Shown: positions 60,919 to 64,000 of the stretch, piece after piece
How the letters are laid out: each line of letters begins with the position of its first letter
Position numbering within the stretch: the stretch's first letter is position 1
Source: Sedimentisphaeraceae bacterium JB056
GTDB taxonomy: Bacteria > Planctomycetota > Phycisphaerae > Sedimentisphaerales > Sedimentisphaeraceae
Assembly (NCBI GenBank): GCA_044440125.1
Contig: JBITAJ010000027.1
Coordinates: 160,001 to 224,000 of the forward strand
Length of the DNA: 64,000 nucleotides
Direction of reading: 5' to 3'
Program-made: the position numbers and the translations under genes
The notes under the pieces: generated by a model
Databases searched by the model: none
What the model saw: the letters and a program-made list of their open reading frames with translations, nothing else
Told to the model about the DNA's origin: nothing

Positions 60919-61968
60919 TCATTCTTCTATGCCCTTCGTAAGTAAATTGGCTACGAATTGCTGCTTGTTTTTAATATGATAGGAAACCACAAATAGATAA
61001 GCGGCAAATATTATGCTGATAATGGCACTCAGTTTTAGCATATTGGAGAAATACAAAAAGTCTTTTATGTTTCTGTTCAAAGCAGAGATAGAGAGATAGC
61101 TGCAAAGAGATTGTACCAGACGTGTTAAGGCTAATCCTGTACAGGCGATAACAAAAGTTTTGAGTAGCTGCTTTGTTATTGAGGATATGCTTAGGAGAGT
61201 TTCTTCTGATTTATTTTTCGCTATCGTAGACCATGCTTTTTTTGTTAAAAAAATAAAGAATAATGTTAACAGTAGAACAGGTATTTTGGTAAATATCCCT
61301 TGTGAAAGAGTAAAGCATGATGCGTTTGTTATAAGTTGGTTTTCGTTGCCGGTTGTGTCTGTTTGAGTAAGGTATAGGATTAAATAAAGTAGAATTCCCA
61401 ATGAAGTGATGATGAATTTCAGGGAAATAATCGTCATGCTTATGGGGAATATTGATTCATTGGTTATTTTTTCATCATAGACATTTATCTTTAGCTTTTG
61501 GGGTATGAATAACAGTACCTTAGCCAGCCATTCTCCGCGTTTGATTAAATAGAAGCACAGGCAATATGTCACCAAAATAGATGTTGCCATTGCAAGCTCC
61601 TGTATCCACTCCATATATTGTCCGTTGATTGAATTAAGGTGCCATATAATTTGCCTTACTAATAGTATAATTGAAGCAATGCTTTTGAGTATCAGGAAAA
61701 AGCCAGTGAATCTTACAATAGTGAGCATAAATAGAAAGAGAGAAGAAGTGCAATTGTGCGGTATGAATTTCTTTGCTTTCTTTGCGACATATTTTCCATC
61801 AATAAGAAGATAAACAGCCAAAATTAAGGTTGTTATGTTTGCGATCACAGAAGATGAGTTTAATCCTGATCTGGATAGTCCAAGTCCAAGATAGATTAAA
61901 CTTTTCAAAAACAGTATTAAGCCTAATATTCTAAAACCCAAAATGGATATGTTAAGTTTGCTTGGCAT
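60919..61968 (-). CDS. Hypothetical membrane protein built of repeated two-TM units
   Basis: 349-aa ORF, about 8 TM segments, GGAG-rich RBS, directly downstream of murJ. Confidence 0.7.
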   Translation of the reverse strand: MPSKLNISILGFRILGLILFLKSLIYLGLGLSRSGLNSSSVIANITTLILAVYLLIDGKYVAKKAKKFIPHNCTSSLFLFMLTIVRFTGFFLILKSIASIILLVRQIIWHLNSINGQYMEWIQELAMATSILVTYCLCFYLIKRGEWLAKVLLFIPQKLKINVYDEKITNESIFPISMTIISLKFIITSLGILLYLILYLTQTDTTGNENQLITNASCFTLSQGIFTKIPVLLLTLFFIFLTKKAWSTIAKNKSEETLLSISSITKQLLKTFVIACTGLALTRLVQSLCSYLSISALNRNIKDFLYFSNMLKLSAIISIIFAAYLFVVSYHIKNKQQFVANLLTKGIEE

Positions 61969-61987
61969 TATTGTCTCCCTTCCCTCC

Positions 61988-63580
61988 TTATGAGGCCGCC
62001 TTTTTGTTGGTTATTATCTCCAGCATTTCTATTTTCATTATTTTTGAGAGGGCTAAGTAAACTGATGCGCATATTATTATCTGGGCGGCAATCCTTATGC
62101 AGTTGAATTTCAGGTCTGCGGGAAGGGCGGCCATTGCGATCATAAGGGTCCTGCCGGCAATAAACATGATAACTGATGCGATGATGACTTTTGTTATAGC
62201 AGTTGCAAATCCTTGCGTAAACTGTTCCCTATATCTGTTTTTCAGTACTGCCAGAAGTATTATAATCTGTATATAGGAACAGATTGCGGTTGCCAGTCCC
62301 AGGCCGGCCGCTCCCATGAACCATATAAGCGTAAGATTGAGCAAAACATTCACGATCACCGCGATTACGGCAGTTCTTGCCGGCATTTTGGAGTCGTTTG
62401 TTGCATAAAAAGCTCGTGTTATTATCTGCTGTATGAAGAAGCCTGCCAGCCCGAAGGCGTAACAATATAATATGATTGAAGTCGATGTAATATCCGAGGC
62501 GGTAAACTTATCACCTTCAAATAGTACGGATATCAGCGGTTTTGCAACAAGGCACAGTCCTACGCCGCAAGGAATTGCCAGATAAAAAGCGCATTTGATT
62601 CCTTTTGTGAGGGTTGATATGAATTCTTCATTGTCATTTCGTGCTGCTGAACGACTCAAAACAGGGAATATTGCGGTGGCGAGAGCTATTCCGATTACTC
62701 CGAGTGGCAGTTGGTAGAGCCTTTGCGCCAGATAAAGCTGCATCACGCAACCTCGCCAAAGAGGATAAGCCATTGTTTTTCCCATTATCACAAGCTCGGC
62801 TCCCTTTGCTTCCGAGCCGGAAAAGAACCATGCTATAATATCGTCGGCGAAAGTATTTATCTGTGTGGCTGTTGTTCCGAGTATCATGGGGCCCATAAGC
62901 CAGATTACCTTGCGAAATGCTCCTGAGTTTACTTGCCAGCAAGGCATCAGCTTTACACCTTTCTTTTTTAAAGGTATAAGCTGCATTACCGTCTGTACGA
63001 TTCCGGCTATAAGTACGCATACCGCCGCAGTGTATACTTGTGCAGTGGTTGGCAGGCCAAGTAATGAGCCGGTTATGACTATTGCACCTATAATAAAGAT
63101 ATTTAGAACCACCGGTGCGGCGGCCGGCGCTGCAAAGTGCGAATGCACGTTCAGAATGCCTGCCAATATCGCTACCGTACAGATAACAGCAGCATAAGGG
63201 AGCATTACAGAGGCAAGGGATATGATTGTTACAGTCTCTGGGGTTGGATTTGCCGCAAATCGGTATATCCACATTATTGCCCATCCGACAACCACCAGAA
63301 AAGAAAGAAAAGTGAACATTATGGTGACCGTCGTATTTGCGAGCATATCGGCTGTTTTACGGTCTTTTTCAAGCATTTCGCTGTAAACCGGTATGAAAGA
63401 AGCGCTTGCGGCGCCTTCACCGAATATGCGGCGTGAAAGATTAGGAATGCGAAAAGCTATAAGCCATGCATCGCCAAGGGCCGTAGCCCCAAAATATTTA
63501 CTGTAACAAATGTCTCTTATAAGCCCAAGAATGCGGCTTAGCATAGTAAATGAGGCAATTTGTTTAAATCCCTTGACCAT
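61988..63580 (-). CDS. murJ: Lipid II flippase MurJ
   Basis: SRILGLIRD, AFRIPN..RRIFGEGA, FIPV, QLPLGVIG, RAFYA. Confidence 0.95.
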   Translation of the reverse strand: MVKGFKQIASFTMLSRILGLIRDICYSKYFGATALGDAWLIAFRIPNLSRRIFGEGAASASFIPVYSEMLEKDRKTADMLANTTVTIMFTFLSFLVVVGWAIMWIYRFAANPTPETVTIISLASVMLPYAAVICTVAILAGILNVHSHFAAPAAAPVVLNIFIIGAIVITGSLLGLPTTAQVYTAAVCVLIAGIVQTVMQLIPLKKKGVKLMPCWQVNSGAFRKVIWLMGPMILGTTATQINTFADDIIAWFFSGSEAKGAELVIMGKTMAYPLWRGCVMQLYLAQRLYQLPLGVIGIALATAIFPVLSRSAARNDNEEFISTLTKGIKCAFYLAIPCGVGLCLVAKPLISVLFEGDKFTASDITSTSIILYCYAFGLAGFFIQQIITRAFYATNDSKMPARTAVIAVIVNVLLNLTLIWFMGAAGLGLATAICSYIQIIILLAVLKNRYREQFTQGFATAITKVIIASVIMFIAGRTLMIAMAALPADLKFNCIRIAAQIIICASVYLALSKIMKIEMLEIITNKKAAS

Positions 63581-63887
63581 TTATCAATCCTTGTTATAAT
63601 AAGCGACCTGATTTTGAAATATAATATAATCGCTGAATGCGGTATATGATACCTGCTTTAGGTTTGGTATCAAGAAATACTGCAAATTAATGGATAAATT
63701 ACTGAGTTTTTACAAAAAAGACGACTGTAACCCTTCCTGAAAAGGTATTTTTTACAAAAAAGTCACTTTTTTTAGGCTTTTTGCAAAATTTTCCTTCCAT
63801 CGAAGGGTTATTTAATTATATTAGTCGTTCTATTTGTTATTGCGGGGAGCGGTCCCTACTGTACCCGCTGAAAATAGCAGTAAGGTT

Positions 63888-63960
63888 GCTGCTGTAGCTC
63901 AGTCGGTAGAGTACATCCTTGGTAAGGATGGGGTCATGGGTTCGAATCCCGTCAGCAGCA
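63888..63960 (+). tRNA. tRNA-Thr(GGT), CCA not encoded
   Basis: GCTGCTG/CAGCAGC acceptor stem; CATCC-TT GGT AA-GGATG anticodon arm; GGTTCGAATCC T-arm. Confidence 0.96.
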
Positions 63961-63972
63961 TTGTAACGAAAT

Positions 63973-63999
63973 AAACGACTGTGAGTAGCAGTCGTTTTT
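63973..63999 (+). terminator. Stem-loop/terminator after tRNA-Thr
   Basis: AAACGACTG-tgagtag-CAGTCGTTTTT. Confidence 0.6.
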
Positions 64000-64000
64000 A

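Noticed and set aside
63841..63868. GGGAGCGG similarity to the REP unit upstream of tRNA-Thr
   Set aside because: Only about 8 nt match; more likely part of a tRNA leader hairpin

Overview
Chromosomal window (about 40-45% GC by eye) of a planctomycete. The 16S sequence, prepilin/H-X-DG protein, PEP-CTERM and dockerin-like C-termini suggest Phycisphaerae/Sedimentisphaerales, which is an inference. In order, it contains: (1) an almost complete single-locus type IV pilus system (pilB end, pilC, major pilin, three minor pilins, pilMNO(P)Q, pilT); (2) envelope genes, an ECF sigma/anti-sigma trio, a stand-alone MtaB-like methyltransferase and apbE; (3) a roughly 22 kb LacI-controlled glycan utilisation locus (18.9-41.2 kb); (4) housekeeping genes (MsbA-like exporter with a PDZ-like insert, mnmA, ilvBNC, citrate synthase, argBDF, murJ); (5) an unlinked 16S rRNA gene, REP-like repeats and tRNA-Thr(GGT). 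The glycan locus has a visible palindromic operator (ACGTACCGGTACGT) and no SusC/SusD. It carries three paralogous secreted beta-sandwich proteins with interchangeable C-terminal tags (dockerin-like or PEP-CTERM), a DUF1559-like prepilin, two DUF4434 proteins, GH26-like, phosphodiester glycosidase, phosphoesterase, O-acetylesterase and N-acylglucosamine 2-epimerase genes. This locus and the unannotated three-way-junction RNA structures inside it and in the pilus leader are the most promising novel elements. All family assignments come from motif recognition by eye, not database searches.
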